Origin: Cycas panzhihuaensis
Lineage: Eukaryota; Plantae; Cycadophyta
DNA length: 64,000 bases
Assembly (NCBI GenBank): GCA_023213395.1
Contig: CM041465.1
Span: 133,245,741-133,309,740, forward strand
Direction of reading: 5' to 3'
The position numbers were made by a program, and so were the translations under genes. Shown in pieces: positions 10,267 through 24,014 of this stretch. The notes under the pieces are model-generated. The model saw only the letters and a program-made list of their open reading frames with translations, had not been told where the DNA came from and did no database searches. The first letter of the stretch is position 1. Each line of letters starts with the position of its first letter.

Positions 10267-13200
10267 TTACATGTAGAATTTCTTCAGGAATTTTCCATTG
10301 ATGGCTTTTTCAAATTTGAGGCCTTCCAAGGTTATAATCTTGTAAGTGTCGTTATCAAGGTTCTCGAGAACGATGAAGGATCCAACCTACTTAGGTCTGA
10401 ACTTAGATAAGTGATCATGAAGATATTACAACTTGAGGACATGGTCTCCAGGATGTAAAAGATGGGGGCAAAGGTATTTGTCATATGTCCTTTGCGCCCT
10501 GGCCTTAGAGGTAAGATTCACTCAGTATACGACCGAGCGTTTCTCATCTAGGGCTTCGAGGTTTAGGAGACGAGCCTGACGGAGAGACTCATCATCAACA
10601 AGACCCCGAAGGGGGTCATCCCTGTAGCTGTGCAGATGGATGTGCGATACGCCCATAGGGAAGAAGGGAGTTGAATATGTGAATCCCTTTAGGATTAGGT
10701 AACGATTTTCTTCAAAATATTTATGAGGGTTTTATTAAATGACTCTACTTGGCCATTGGCCTAAGGGTAACAAGGAGAGGAGGTTTTATGAGAAATCTTG
10801 AATTTCTCACAAAGTTCATCCATCTCCTTATTATAGAAGGGGGTTCCATTGTCTTTGATCAAGACATCAGGAACCTTGAACTGGAAAATAATATACTGGT
10901 AGACGAAGGTGGCTATCGTCTTGCCAGAAGTGGAAGATAGAGGGACTACTTCGGCCCATTTAGTGAAGTATTCTGTTGCAATCAAGATGAACTTGTGCTA
11001 TGACGAGAAAAGGGGAGTTATGGCCCCAATGAGGTCTAGTCCCTATTGTGAGAAGGGCCAGGGAGAGATGATGGGATGTAAAGCCTCAGAAGGCAAGTGG
11101 GTGATGTTGGCATGCTCTTGACACCTACGACACCACAGGGCATAAGCGTGGACATCCTTGAAAAGGGACGGCCAATAATATCCCATACGAAGGATCCTTT
11201 GGGCCATGGATTGGCCCCCAAAATGACCCCTGCAAATGCCATGATGGCATTCGCGAAGTATTTGGCCCGCTTTATCGGGGTTGACTTAGCAGAGAAGGAT
11301 CCCATCAAAGGATCTCTTGTACAAAACCTCTCCCATGAAAATATTTCCTGGCAGTAGCCCGAATACGGGACCTAACCTTATTGCTTACTTCGGGACGATA
11401 GTGTTACTTAGTGAGGTATCGCACAATATCCCCATACCACTCACCATCGATGAGTGGATGAGGGGAGGAATCCTGAATAGCCAAGATGGGCTCATCAGGC
11501 AAGGAATCATCGATGAGAGTGTCTGAAAGGTTTGAGATGGGGGTGTTGGCAAGTTATTCGATAATCACTATCCCTTTCTTTGATTTCTTGTTAACAATTT
11601 AGAGATTAAATTCCTGAAGGAGGACGGCCTACTTACCAGTCCTACCTGTCAGGTTAGATCGTGTTAATAATTACCTCAAGGGATCAGACTGGACGATCGC
11701 CCAAGTAGTATTTCTGAGCAAGTAGTGCCTGAACTTCTTAGTAGAATATACTAAGGAGAGGCATTCCTTCTTGGTGGGAGAATAGTTAAGTTCAGTAGCT
11801 ATGAGGGTGTGACTAATAAAGTAAATGGCCCTTTTAGTTCCTAAGTCATCCTCTTGGGCTAGCATGGCACCCAAAGATTCATCAATAACTGACGTATATA
11901 AGATGAAAAGCCTGTCAAAGAGAGGGGGTGCCAAAGTTGGGGCAGGAGCGAGGGCTTCCTTGAGCTCCTCGAAGGCTTGCTAAGCCTTTGAAGACCAAAC
12001 AAATGGGGTCCCTTTCTTTAATAGGTTGGTAAGGGGTTTCGTATTTATGATAAAATTCACAAAGAAATGCCTAAGGAAACTTAACCTACCTAGGAACGAC
12101 TTAATTTATTGTTGGGTCCTAGGAGGTAGCATGTTAAGGATGGCCTTGACTTTATCAAGATCGATTTGGATACCTTGTTTTGAAACAAGGAATCTAAGGA
12201 GTTTGCCAGCTGTCACGGTAAACACACATTTGAGGGGGTTTAGACTTACATGATATTTACAGCATCGTGTGAAGATGGCTCATAAATTAGTAGGATGATG
12301 GGCCCTAATGCATGAGAGGCCCATCATATCGTCCATAAAAACCTCTAAAGTTTTGTTGATAAGGTCATGAAAAATAAATTACATCACCCTTTGATAAGTG
12401 GCATCTACATTATTAAGCCCAAAGGGCATCACTTTGTAAGTAAAGGTACCCCAAGTGTAGTGAAGGCTATCTTATGACGGTCTTCAGGGGAAAATTTATA
12501 TTTGGTTATATCCCCAAAATTTGTCCATCAAGGGCATGACTTCAAAATCGGTGGTTTGATCGATGATTTGATCGATAAAGAGGAGAGAAAAGTTATCCTT
12601 GGGACATGCATTGTTGATGTCATGAAAATCAATGCATATCCTAATCATCCCGTTCATTTTGGCAAGGGTAACGATATTGGAGACCCACTTAGGGTAGTCG
12701 ATAGAAGTGATTAACCCCACATTTAGGAGTTTCTCAACTTCCATCTTAACGATAGCTGAGAGTTTTGGGTGAAGAGGGTGCTGCTTTTGACGCATGGGGT
12801 GAGCACCCAGAATGGTGGTGAGATTGTGGGTGACAATAGAAGAGTCTATCCCCTTTATATCAGAGTAGTCCCACGCAAAAACATTGCAGAATTCTTGGAA
12901 CATAAGGATGTACTCCTTTATTTTATCAAGAGAACATTCCACCCCCATCTTTATGACTTTACCAGGGGTGAGGACGATGTCCTTAGTTGCCCCCATACAC
13001 ATGGTATTCTCTTCCTCAAAGTGAAGGGGACCTCAATCAATAGGAGGGTGCGAAAGAGGAATTGGGTTCGACTCAGCAAGAGGTGACCCGACGGCTAAGA
13101 TCTTCTTGTGACCAAGCCTATAATAACTAGAAGGGAAATTGGGCACAGAGCTCGCTAGATGCTCAAGCAAAGCCTCATCATTCTCAAAGTAGTCTACCCC

Positions 13201-16200
13201 ATAGATAACCATACTTCGAGAAGACGAGGGGTGAGAAGTTGAAGGGGTAATAGGGCTATAGCAATCGACCCACCACTTAATATACTCGAGGGACTCTTCA
13301 GAAGAGCTAGAAAGAGACTCCCCACAACAGGTGTCGAGAGGTTGCTCCACCTCATCGCCAGAGGGAGGTGATAAGGTGGAAGAAAAGATGGTAGGAGGAG
13401 TCACATAGTAGGTAAGAGTAAGAACACGTGACTCAAGAGGAAAATATATCTCCTCAAAAGAAGGTGTTTCAGGTAAAAGCTTAGAACGAAAAGAGCTTTC
13501 CCCACTAGTGTTTAGGAAGGAGATGGGGTGAGGAAGATCCTCATCCTCACCATCAGACTTAACATCACTTAAAACAACGAGGTATCCATAGCTCCTCACA
13601 CTAATAGAGACAAAGCAGATGAGGTTTGAGGAGGAAGGGGATGGACCCTCTTCTAGACTGGATGACCCAGGAATATCGATTGAGCAAGCAGAAGCATGGG
13701 TGGATGGGTTCTTATCGCCCTTCACCTTGTTGTAAGCCACTTGATGGGGTTGGTGAGATTTTTTGGTGGGAGGAGGATCCCGAGAGACAACCTTCATTCG
13801 CCCCTTATGGACGAATTTAAGTTGTCCCCAACGAGACGAGTACGCGACTCCTATTTGGTTGAGCCATGGGTATCCCAACAAAAGGTTATAGTCAATGTCA
13901 ACATTGAGAACTACAATGTCAGTGAGGACAATTTTATCCTCAAGAGTAAGTGGAATGGACACTGATCCCAAGGGTGTCTTTTCACTACTGTCGCAGCCTT
14001 GACACCACTACAGGACCAACTCAAGGGCTAGAATACTAAGCTCTTGCATGATGCGCAAGGGCATGGCATTGATAGAAGAACCATTGTCTGCAATGGTCCT
14101 TCATAGAGTGCAGTCAGGTGTGTTAATGGTAATAGTGAAAGGATAGTGCCATTGGTGTTCTCTTTCACCAGATGAGGGGAGATCCTTGGGATCGAAGGAG
14201 ATGATGGGTCCACGACTCGGAGTGACACCCAAGGCATGAATGGATACATCAACCAACCCCAAAGCTTCCAAAAGAAGGGTGTATTGTTTAGGGTAGCTTC
14301 TCAAGATATCCATCATGGACAACCCTGTAATGATGGTGTGAAGCTCATCAATAATAGAGAAGGGCTTCCCCTTCACGGTAGGTTGGGAAAGCACCCTTCG
14401 AAAATCGTAACAGTCAGGATGCAGCCAGTCTTGGGAAGCGAGGAGGATGGAGAGGAGGAGAGGATCAAGAGGATCAAGGTGAGGCATGGAAGAAGAGGCA
14501 TTGCTTGCCTCTTTAACTACTTGGGACTGTGTTAAGGCATATAACGACATGGTCTTAAGCATCGAAATGACTATCTTTCCCTTGTTTCAAGATCGAGAGG
14601 GTGAAGGAGTGTAGCAGTTGGGAGAACTAGAAGGTGAGTCTCTTATACCCTTCCCTTTAGCTTGAGAAGGATGAGGGTTTGGGAACCTCCCTCTATTTCA
14701 GTTACCCTTTTGTTAGTTAGTGCGATCATTTTCCCCATGTTTAGGGAAGGGATCCTTATGGATGGGTTGGTCTAAGTTTGGCCTAGATGCCCATTTGGGA
14801 GAAGAATCACATTATGGGGTGGCTCTAGGGTGCTGGGCCCGGCATTGTAAATCTTCATAAAAACACTCCCCATGGACGGAACACCACTTCTTCTCTATAG
14901 AGGAATCTGGCTTCCTTATTTGAGAAGATTGGGCATTACCACCTTTTTGGGGAGCGACTTGAGAGGCTTGTTGGATTGGTTTGTGTGAGGTAGAGGCTGA
15001 AGGGGCTTAGAGTTTAAGCTCCTTCATGGTATGTTTGAATGAACATATAGTGGAAGTAAGGGGATCCAAGTTCTTCTCCATTGGATGGGAAGAAGATCTA
15101 GCAGGTTGTTGGACTTTAGTTTCACAGGGTGGTGGAGGTACCTCATGCCGTTGTGAGGGCTTGAGAGGCTTGTTGAGACCAGCTTAGATCTCAATGGCTT
15201 CAAGCGCCAAGCACTTGGCTATGGTGGAGTTGCATATTGTTGCCCCCATTTTAAGGACTTCAACGTGGACTTATGGGTGAAGGGCATTAACAAAGAGGTC
15301 TCTCTTCAACTCCTCAGGTAAGGTTGCCTTAGTGGAGTGAAGTAGGTCATGGAAGTGTCTCACAAAGTTATGATTCATCTCATTGTGACTTTATTTAAAA
15401 GACGAGACCTTGTTTAAAAGACAAGAGGGCTTTTATTTCACTCTCGAAAGGATGAGCTATATTAAAATAGTTGACGAATTCATCTATGAGTTCTTGGAAT
15501 GAAAAGATAGAATGTGCTGGTAGGCGATAGAACCACTTAAGGGCATCGCTTTGAAGAGAACATGGGAAGAGTTTTATGAGTATATGATCATAAGCCCAAT
15601 AATCGATGCATGCCATAAAAAAACCACGGACATGTTCCATTGGGTCTTGCGATAAGGTCCCATCAAATTTAGGAACCTCGAGAGGGTGAGGCGAAGTCCT
15701 ACATAGCTAGAAGTAGGGGTGTATGCGGGTCCCCTAGATCTAACAGGTGGCAGATATACTTTGGTCGACGAAGGTGTAGTTGTTTGGCTAGAAGGGGATA
15801 TGCTCATCCCAAGTTGGGAAGAGGACATGCCTTGGGTGGTCCCTAAAGAATATGGACCATGGGGAGAGGAAGATAAAGCAAAAGACACACTCATTGTAGG
15901 TAAGGGAGTTAAACAAGATGGATGAGGTAAGGCAGATATAGAGGAACGAATCACAACGCTTTACAAGATGCTCTCAAACCACTTAGGATGTGGTTGGAGG
16001 CGAGTGGCTTGGAAGCATTGGCTAAGGGCTTCGACAATATCCGTAGGAGGGGTATTCACCTAATCATAAGAGGTAGATGGGACCTCATATGGAGTAGACC
16101 CCATGGAGCGATCCTCATGAGAGTCACCACTAGGGTGGTAGAACTTTAGAGGAGAAGAGGCCTCTACTTCATGAGTAGAGAAGTAGTAAACTTGCAGGTG

Positions 16201-16300
16201 TTCTTGATCACCTGGATAAAAGATAGGGTCCTCACCCTCTTGGGTGGTCCCTTGGAAAGAGGTAGAAGGCTCATGTGATTCAAATATGTAGGCATGATAT
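10267..16300 (-). pseudogene. gag-pol of element B (gag, protease, RT, RNase H, integrase), decayed
   Basis: gag KLFPCSLQSDALKWFYRLP (15395-15640); protease DYNLLLGYPWL (~13.9 kb); RT WVSNIV..IRICIDFHDINNACPKD (12.5-13.0 kb); RH AIYFISHTL..NYSPTKKECLSLV (11.7-11.9 kb); INT ATEYFTKWAEVVPL..DNGTPF ending INGKFLKKFYM* at 10267. The start is approximate. Confidence 0.92.
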
Positions 16301-16558
16301 GCCTAGTATGAAGGGAATCCCTCCATAGTCGAATCGAAATCTGACAAAGGAAGAGAGTGATAAGAAGGGTCTCCCAACAAAGGAGGAAGGCCTTATAAGT
16401 GACGAGAGAAACGTCATATACAAGTTCCCCCTAAAGATTGGAAGGATAAGAGAAGTGTTGTGATAGGTGTTAGGGGCTACCAAACAAATCGAGGAGAGCT
16501 ACAAGAAAGGAGGTAGCACCAAAAGAAAGGGAGAGAGGATTAATCCCTTACTAGTGCA

Positions 16559-16576
16559 TCCCCAGTATGGTTGCCA
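16559..16576 (-). other. Primer-binding site, tRNA-Arg type
   Basis: Minus strand TGGCAACCATACTGGGGA, 1 nt after the LTR CA; resembles the Ogre/Tat PBS TGGCGACTCCACTGGGGA. Confidence 0.75.
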
Positions 16577-16577
16577 G

Positions 16578-19500
16578 TGGAATCACACATATGGGGGGGT
16601 AACCACACTTAGTTAAGATCAAACCAACCAACAAAGGGTTTCAAGGCTAAGGCTATATTGGGCAAGTGAAGGAAATCACCCACATAGGGCATCCGTACAT
16701 TGGAATGCAGGTTCATGACCCGTAAATGGTGCACAAACCCCTCTAAGGTACCTCTACCTCGATTGGGAGTGATAAAGAGATGAGGGATATCCTCAGTTTC
16801 CTGAGTAACCTCAAAAAATGGGCCCTCTTGCCCTTGGATGACCGAAAGAAGGAGGAAAGGATAGGCAAGGGAATGGCTCCTCATGTGAAAAGGGGATATG
16901 AGAGAGGTGGTTCTAAGTAGGAAATAAGGGCAATATGTACTTGTGAAGGATTGGGAAGGTGGCTCATCCTACAGGTGCAAAACTGACCTAAAGGTCATAC
17001 TAGGGTGGTCTAGCTACGATAAATGAAACAATGACCAAAGGAAAAGGAAAGCCTTGAAAGGGAGATGCCCTTAAGGCACTATACCTAAGGTGGTCTTAGG
17101 AGTGTGAGTTACTAATGGAAATATTTTAATACTTTTGCATGTGGGTTTCTATACAAAGTGTGTATTGATGAGGTTGTGTATACGACAATGTGTCCTTATG
17201 CGCAAGAGAGTTCTTTCAAACAAAGGAAAAGAATAGCATAAAAAAACCACTCATTCACTCACGCATGCATATCCTCGCTCTCATTAACTTTCAAATGTGA
17301 AAGGAAGAGAACTAACAAGGAAGCTATGTCCAATACAGGATGTATGCAAGGGATGCAAGTTCAACTAATTATGCGACAAATAGACATGTAATAAATACGA
17401 TCCATATCCCATGCACTTTGTTAAACAAGAAAGCAAGCTAACTAAGTGCAAATGATATATGCAAATTCCCTTTCTTTTCTTTCCTTTTAAGTGATATATG
17501 GAGGTGAAGGAAGGAAAGAAAAAGAAAGAAGGCTAAAGGAAGCGGAAGGCGTACTTGGAGGCTAAGCAACTGAAGGAGCGCTACCCCTTATCATATTCAT
17601 TTTCCTCGTGCAGCTCCCAACTACAGATGGCATGATCGAGTGGTGCTGGAAAATAAGGGTAGGGGCTTCTTTACCTTCCCCAAAGCCAAAGGAAAACGAA
17701 AGAGAAAGGAAGAGTTAGAACAAAAGGACTCAAAAGAAATAGCAATTAGAAAGGCAGGAAGATACCTGGATTGGAATGTCCTTCTTACTCTCTACGCGTA
17801 GCAAGAATGGAACTTGCAGCCAAGCAAGTTTTTCCTTTCCCATGGGGCAGCAAGAACACAAGGGATATATGTATAATATATAGAATAATATGATGCAAAC
17901 TATCTAAGTCAAAGAAACATTTGCAACACAAGATTAATTCTCAGCTCCTTTTTATGCTAACTTGCGAATAATATGAAAAAGGGGCTCGGAGGAGAAAGGA
18001 TGCGATTAGCATCAGAATGGCTAACCCTCCACGGTCTGTGATACTGCATGCTATCCAAGTACTAAAGTGGCAAAGTAGGGAAAATGTAACAAAACCTTAA
18101 GATACAAACAACAGATTACAAGCGAAATTGCATGTGTTGTCAATGTTATAAATGCTGCGAAGTGTAACTTTTGCAACCTCAACCTAGCCTAACACCAAGT
18201 GATGGGTAGGGTATGGTTTGGGGCTATAATCCCACTTGTGTACGGTCTAAAAAGCTGAAAGTAAGCATAACAATGGGCTGCATACACTACTGCTAGCAAT
18301 GACCTCCCTTCAAATAGCCCTTTGGAAGCCTAAGGGAAGCACGGAGGAGGAAGAGGTAGGGACAGAAGGGGGCTGCCCTTGAGGAGAAGGCTTACTGTAT
18401 ATGGAACCCTGCCTTTGCTCTTTTCACTCTCCTAGGAAGCCTCTTCCTTGCTGCCTCCTTGGAGAAACCAGGGAAGAGCTAGAAGGAAACAATGAGTAAA
18501 CAAGAAAGGGAGGATTTGCCTCCTATTTATAGCAAAAAAAAAACTGGAGAAAGAAAGTGTTGTAGAAAGTATACAAATAACTTTTGCAAAATTTAAAAGA
18601 AGGAAAGAAAAATAAAGGATGATGACTACTTGCTATGGGTAGATCTACTTGGAAAATAAGAGAGAAAGGCTAGCCCTATGGGGTTTACTGGTGAAACCCT
18701 AAAGGAGCAGTAAATTGAAGACAAAACTAGAATGAGATAAAAGATTTATGCTTGACAGAGTACTTGGAGTGTATCCTTCCTTTAGTTAGCCATGTTGTAG
18801 GCCTGCTACTACAAATTTGGAGCTATAGAGAACTAGTATCAGGATGGGAAGTTGATGTGTCAGACCTGTATTGTTACAAGGTGTTTCTATAGAAAGGTCT
18901 CAAGAGTGAGTAAGAGAGAGATTTTTTTTTTAGAGAGTAGAAGAGGAAGAAATGAGGGTGTTTCTAGGTTTTCAAACCCAACCCTAGCTTAATCGAGCAA
19001 TTAGGGTTCAACTTCGGCTGAGAATACATCTCTGCCACATGGCAATTTTGTAATAAATGCGAAATTAGCCATGATAGATTTTAAAAATAATGTGTGACAG
19101 TCGTCCCACCGTAAACTTCGCAGTACCATGAAGTTTGCAGCGGTACTATGATCTTTATCATGGTGCGATAGAAACATAAGCAAAAGGAAGCTCGGGAGCT
19201 CAGAAAATATGGTACTTTAGGCCTGAAGGGGTATGGAATTCTGTCCAGGTAGCAGGGGATAGTCATAGGACCAAAGAAACCTATGATAGGCAAAATACCA
19301 AAGGTTAGGAGCTCCCAAAAAGTTAATAAATAAGTGAAGAGACACCAACCATGCCTAGGCAAGGTACTAAAGGTCAAAGTATGCCAATGGGCAATGTGAT
19401 TGGGCTATGGGAGCCAACTAGTACTTGGGCACAACGTGGAGACAAGGAGAAGGGTTGTGGAGCGTCATAGGATGCATATCCCTAGATCGTCATAGGCTGA

Positions 19501-19685
19501 AGTGGTATAATGCAATATGATCAAGTAACAGATGCATAATGGTCATGCAATGAGTTAATCAATGTGTAATGTAGATGCAATGCTTTAATCAACCTTTCCT
19601 ATAATTAATAATGGTAAGGGATAGAAGCATACCTGTACTTACTTGAGTCAACTTGCCCATGCCCATTCTTAGTAGTTGGGAAACA
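16578..19685 (-). repeat. 5' LTR of element B (~3.1 kb)
   Basis: TG...CA termini, adjacent PBS, homology to 2988-5718, and TATA-like GCTATAAATAGG (minus) near 18525. Confidence 0.8.
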
Positions 19686-22600
19686 TAACTTCATCTTCTT
19701 CTTTATCTTTTGTCAATCATTTTCTATTTTTATTTCTCTACGTTGAATGGTAACAGGAATAGGTTCATTACAAATGACCTTATCAAGGATCAATGATTAG
19801 GCACTCCCTTACTTAGTGATGATCAATTTGTGAGGATGAATAGCTTAGTGATGCCTACATCTAATTTTGAGGTATTCATACACTTATAGGTGAAGTTAGA
19901 AAGAGGAAGCCTCTCTCAACCTAAAGGATAATGACAAGCCACCTCCTTTAGTGTTTGGAATATGGTTAGAAAGACAATAATATTAGAAAAGAAGTAGTTT
20001 GTATGCTAGGGATGTTAGGTCCCAATTGATCAAAAGACTCCTAATGATGAGAAGTATTTGTACCTAGGAGAGGATAAGCTTATATACTAGGGACACCAAA
20101 TATTGAACAATCAAGCAAGTCCTAAATAAAGAAAGAAACTATATCTTAAGGGGACTAAACAAGAGCAATCCACACCTACATGCAAATCTAGGATGCAATT
20201 TAGGATTGAATGCAAATAATAATTATGCATATTATGTAACAATCAAGTCATGCATAAATGGATGTAATCCTTTTCTTTCTTTTATTTGTTTTCTTTAAAT
20301 GGATTGTAAAAGAAAGAAACTAATCACATAAACAAACAAGGGTTCTAAGTTATTTCATTATACTTATGGTTATTCAAGTTGTTATTCTTTTACTTCTTTT
20401 TTAATCTTTTATGACCTACTTAGTAGAAAATAAATGAATATGATAATCTAAGAAACATGCAATTACAAAATTTAATTTCAAATCAAACATTCACTTCCTA
20501 TCTTTCTTTTTTGTGAGAAAGTAAGGAAGAGAGATAAATCAATAATTTAATAAGTAATTCAAGTGAAAGCTTATTCCCTTTCCTTTTCCTTCCTTTTTTT
20601 GTTTGTATAAACTTAAGGACAAAAAGGAAAGTTGTTAAAAGATGAGGATTAGGTAAGTACCTTGTAATGGATCTATGAAGCAACAGATTCACTCTCTTTC
20701 GATTGTCATCACTTTATAATGAAGTCAATTAATTAAATAAGCAATAGTATATGATATTCAAGCCATCATATTTAAGAGAAAATTTTGAAAGTAACTTTAG
20801 AAATATATTGAAATTTTAGCAATATTTCTACTACATATACGGATTTTTGATAGTAAAGAAATGACTGGACTTATATAAAACTCTATGGAAGAGAGTAAGG
20901 ATACTTAACTAATCAAACTCCATATTTAATACCATTCATCTCACCATAAAGAATTGGTATGGTTTGTTTAACCTTTTATTGGGACCAACTTCTTTGTAGA
21001 TTATGAATTAGAATAAGAGAAGGGGTAAAAAGATGATTTGGCTTAACAGTAATCAATAGTATAGACTGAAACTAGTTCAATCTTATAAAATGACCTCTTT
21101 TAGTGCTTCCAACTATATCACTCAATAAATTGAAAGAAAGCAAATAAGCTTTGATAGAAAGTGATAGAAGTAGTAATGAAAAACATTTTTTCTTTTAAAT
21201 TAAGATGATGCAAACTTCTCTAATTAACAAAATAAATACTAAATTGTAGAAAAAGATTCTTTAACTTAATGGAAATGTATATAATGTGCCTTATATTGAT
21301 GTTAGATTTTAACATGTTGTAAACAGAGCTCCAAGCACCATAAGAATGAGAAATTTGAGAGTCGTAGAGACTATAGGAGAGAAGAATATAGCTAAAGAAC
21401 TAGTGGAAATAGAGAGAAGAAGACCTAGTAGGTGGGTGGAGAGGTGAATCTAAGAACTAAGAAACAATTAAGGCAAAGACATTCATATATTTTTTCCAGC
21501 AGAGTTTACAAGTTATCAAGAAGATGACTTCCATTCTACTTTAATCAACAATAGATCACTAGCAAGGAGTGTTGACAAAAATTTAGTAGCACTTTATTAC
21601 ATTAAAAATTGTCTCTTTTTCTCTGAAAATGCATAGGGATTTATAGAAGAAGAGAGGAAGTAGGGTCAATGAGAAAACCATAGTTTATACCAATGGTTTA
21701 GTTGACTTTTCTTGATCAAATCTTGCATGGAAGAAGGTAAGACAATCATGGATCAGTCAGGGTAGGTGGGGCAGTGCTAGGTTGCAAATTTAGATAGAAA
21801 TTAAATTGAAATATGGGAGAAAATTATGTTTTATTTCTTAATTTATAGATATGACAGTAAAAAATATGACAAATAACTATAAACATGATAATATGAATAA
21901 AACATAAAACATAGCAAGTTGTTATGTTTTACTTGTATTATCATATTTTAGGTATTACCAATTATGTGACAAAATAGGGAGACTAAAAATTATAGGATCA
22001 GAGAACAAAAATCAACAAAACAAACGTATTAGGCCCTCTAAAAGTGGTAATGGCTTTAATGAAGACTAGATTATAGTGAGACAACATCAAAAAGTGGTAG
22101 AAATGAGACTAAAATTAATTGTAATGCTTGATAATATTAAAAAAGAAATGATAAAAAAGATAAAACTTGGAGTAGTTTTACAAACCAAACAAAAGTATTA
22201 ATCACATTATAATATCAACTATTGACAAATAAAGATCATCACAATCGCATACATTCAATCATCCAATTGACAATCCTTCAACTCTCATAATTTGAAACAA
22301 AGTGATAAATGCATTATCATATCTTAACCAAAGCTTTTCAAATTAAACAATTAACCAAAATAGGTTTAAGAACTAAATTACTAACTAAGTGACATCCATT
22401 GAATAAACACAAACCATAACTAGTGAATAACTTGAGAAAGTAAATCAAGACATGAACCTAACCACACCAAAAGGGCTAGTTATGGTGAAATAAACACCTT
22501 AATATGGCTATCATGACTATGGGTATGGATGACCCTCTATAATAAGTGTCATGGGATATTAGGTTGAGTGGTAGTAATGACTAAGAAGTTTATCAAAGGG

Positions 22601-24014
22601 CTTACATATTAGGCATAATTACCTTATAACCCTAGTAGATATTTTGTTGCCTTTATATTGTCCTAAATTACCCAAAGAAATTACAAGAAAAAATAGAGAA
22701 TATAAGTAAAGACATAGGGATATTATAAAGACATCTAATAGTAATAGTAATCCCTTCTATCCTCTTATCCAAACCTTCTCTCTTAGAGTTTAGAAATCCT
22801 CAAAAAAGGAGGGGAAAAAAATGACCTATCACCTAGTTCACAAAGTCACTTCAGTAAATACTCCTTTGATTGAAATGAAACTTATAGTAGTAGACTCAAT
22901 ACACACAAAAAGAAAAAATGAGATCACAACTCAAAATCACCCTTAGCTACTTATACATCTTATTATGATCACTATGTCATACTAATCATTTTTCATTATG
23001 GTAATTTTAATTGACATTTTTAGGGTATAATGACATATAGCACCTTGTGGGCTCCACAACCCAATTTTCACTCTTAAATGTCACTTACATAATTTCAACA
23101 AGCTCTTTACACTTATCTTAGTGTATTTAGGTGAGATTATTATAAGTTTTTAAGGGTCAATAGGCTAAGACACCCCCTTCCCCTTTCTCCCTTGTTTGCA
23201 CTATTTCCTAGTTCTTCCTTTCCTTTCTATATTTTTAATCCCCTCTTTATTAAGACCATTATTCTTTCTTATCCCCTCTTTTTCTTGAATCCCCTTCTCT
23301 TTTAGGAACTCATATTCATCCAAATGATGATACCAACATAGGAAAATTTAATTTCAGCTCTAGAGACCTAGTTTACCACTATGTAGAGGGACTTCACCAC
23401 CATGTATAATGATATCACCCTGATATCAAACAATATGGCTACTAAAAAAGAACTGGAAAAGTTGGCATATGACATTATATACCTTGTTGCTGAGATGCCT
23501 TGCATTACACCCTAGTTCAATTCTACAAGCACTTTGAACTTAATAGGTGGTTCCTCTCCCTATTTGCTACCCTTCTAGTTGGCTCTCTTTTGTCTCCAAC
23601 TCTTCTAATACAATTTCACCTCCTGCATAAAAAGATTTCTACTCCTATTTTTTATTTTGACCTCATTAAAGATGTGATATAAGATTGGATCAATAAGTTA
23701 AAATATTACTTCATCCTTAATCCCATATCAATAGATGGCAATCTCACTTTTGCTTCTCTTCATCTCAAGGGTAAATCATATCATTGGTTTCGTTGGTGGT
23801 TACTTGGAAATCCTCCTAGACAAATATGGGATTCATTTATTAGATCCTTCTTTGACCAATATGAACATATATATAACTAATCATTTTGTAGTTAACTTAA
23901 TTGAAGCAGGCAACATTAATAAAAGCCTACATTGAAGAATTCCAACCCTTATAGAATTAGGTTACTCAACCCCTTGATTAATAGACTCTTATTAATATTT
24001 ATATATATAATCTA

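Larger units (their letters stand above)
5719..19685 (-). mobile_element. Element B: Tat-clade Ty3/gypsy retrotransposon (5'LTR-PBS-gag-PR-RT-RH-INT-antisense PMD-aRH), interrupted near its 3' end by element A
   Basis: Domain order, tRNA-Arg-type PBS, 3.1 kb LTR and aRH. Confidence 0.9.

Noticed and set aside
20500-21700. Possible third PMD-like or accessory ORF on the minus strand with an upstream TATA
   Set aside because: Only faint motif resemblance (*I*WLEYH); too decayed to support.
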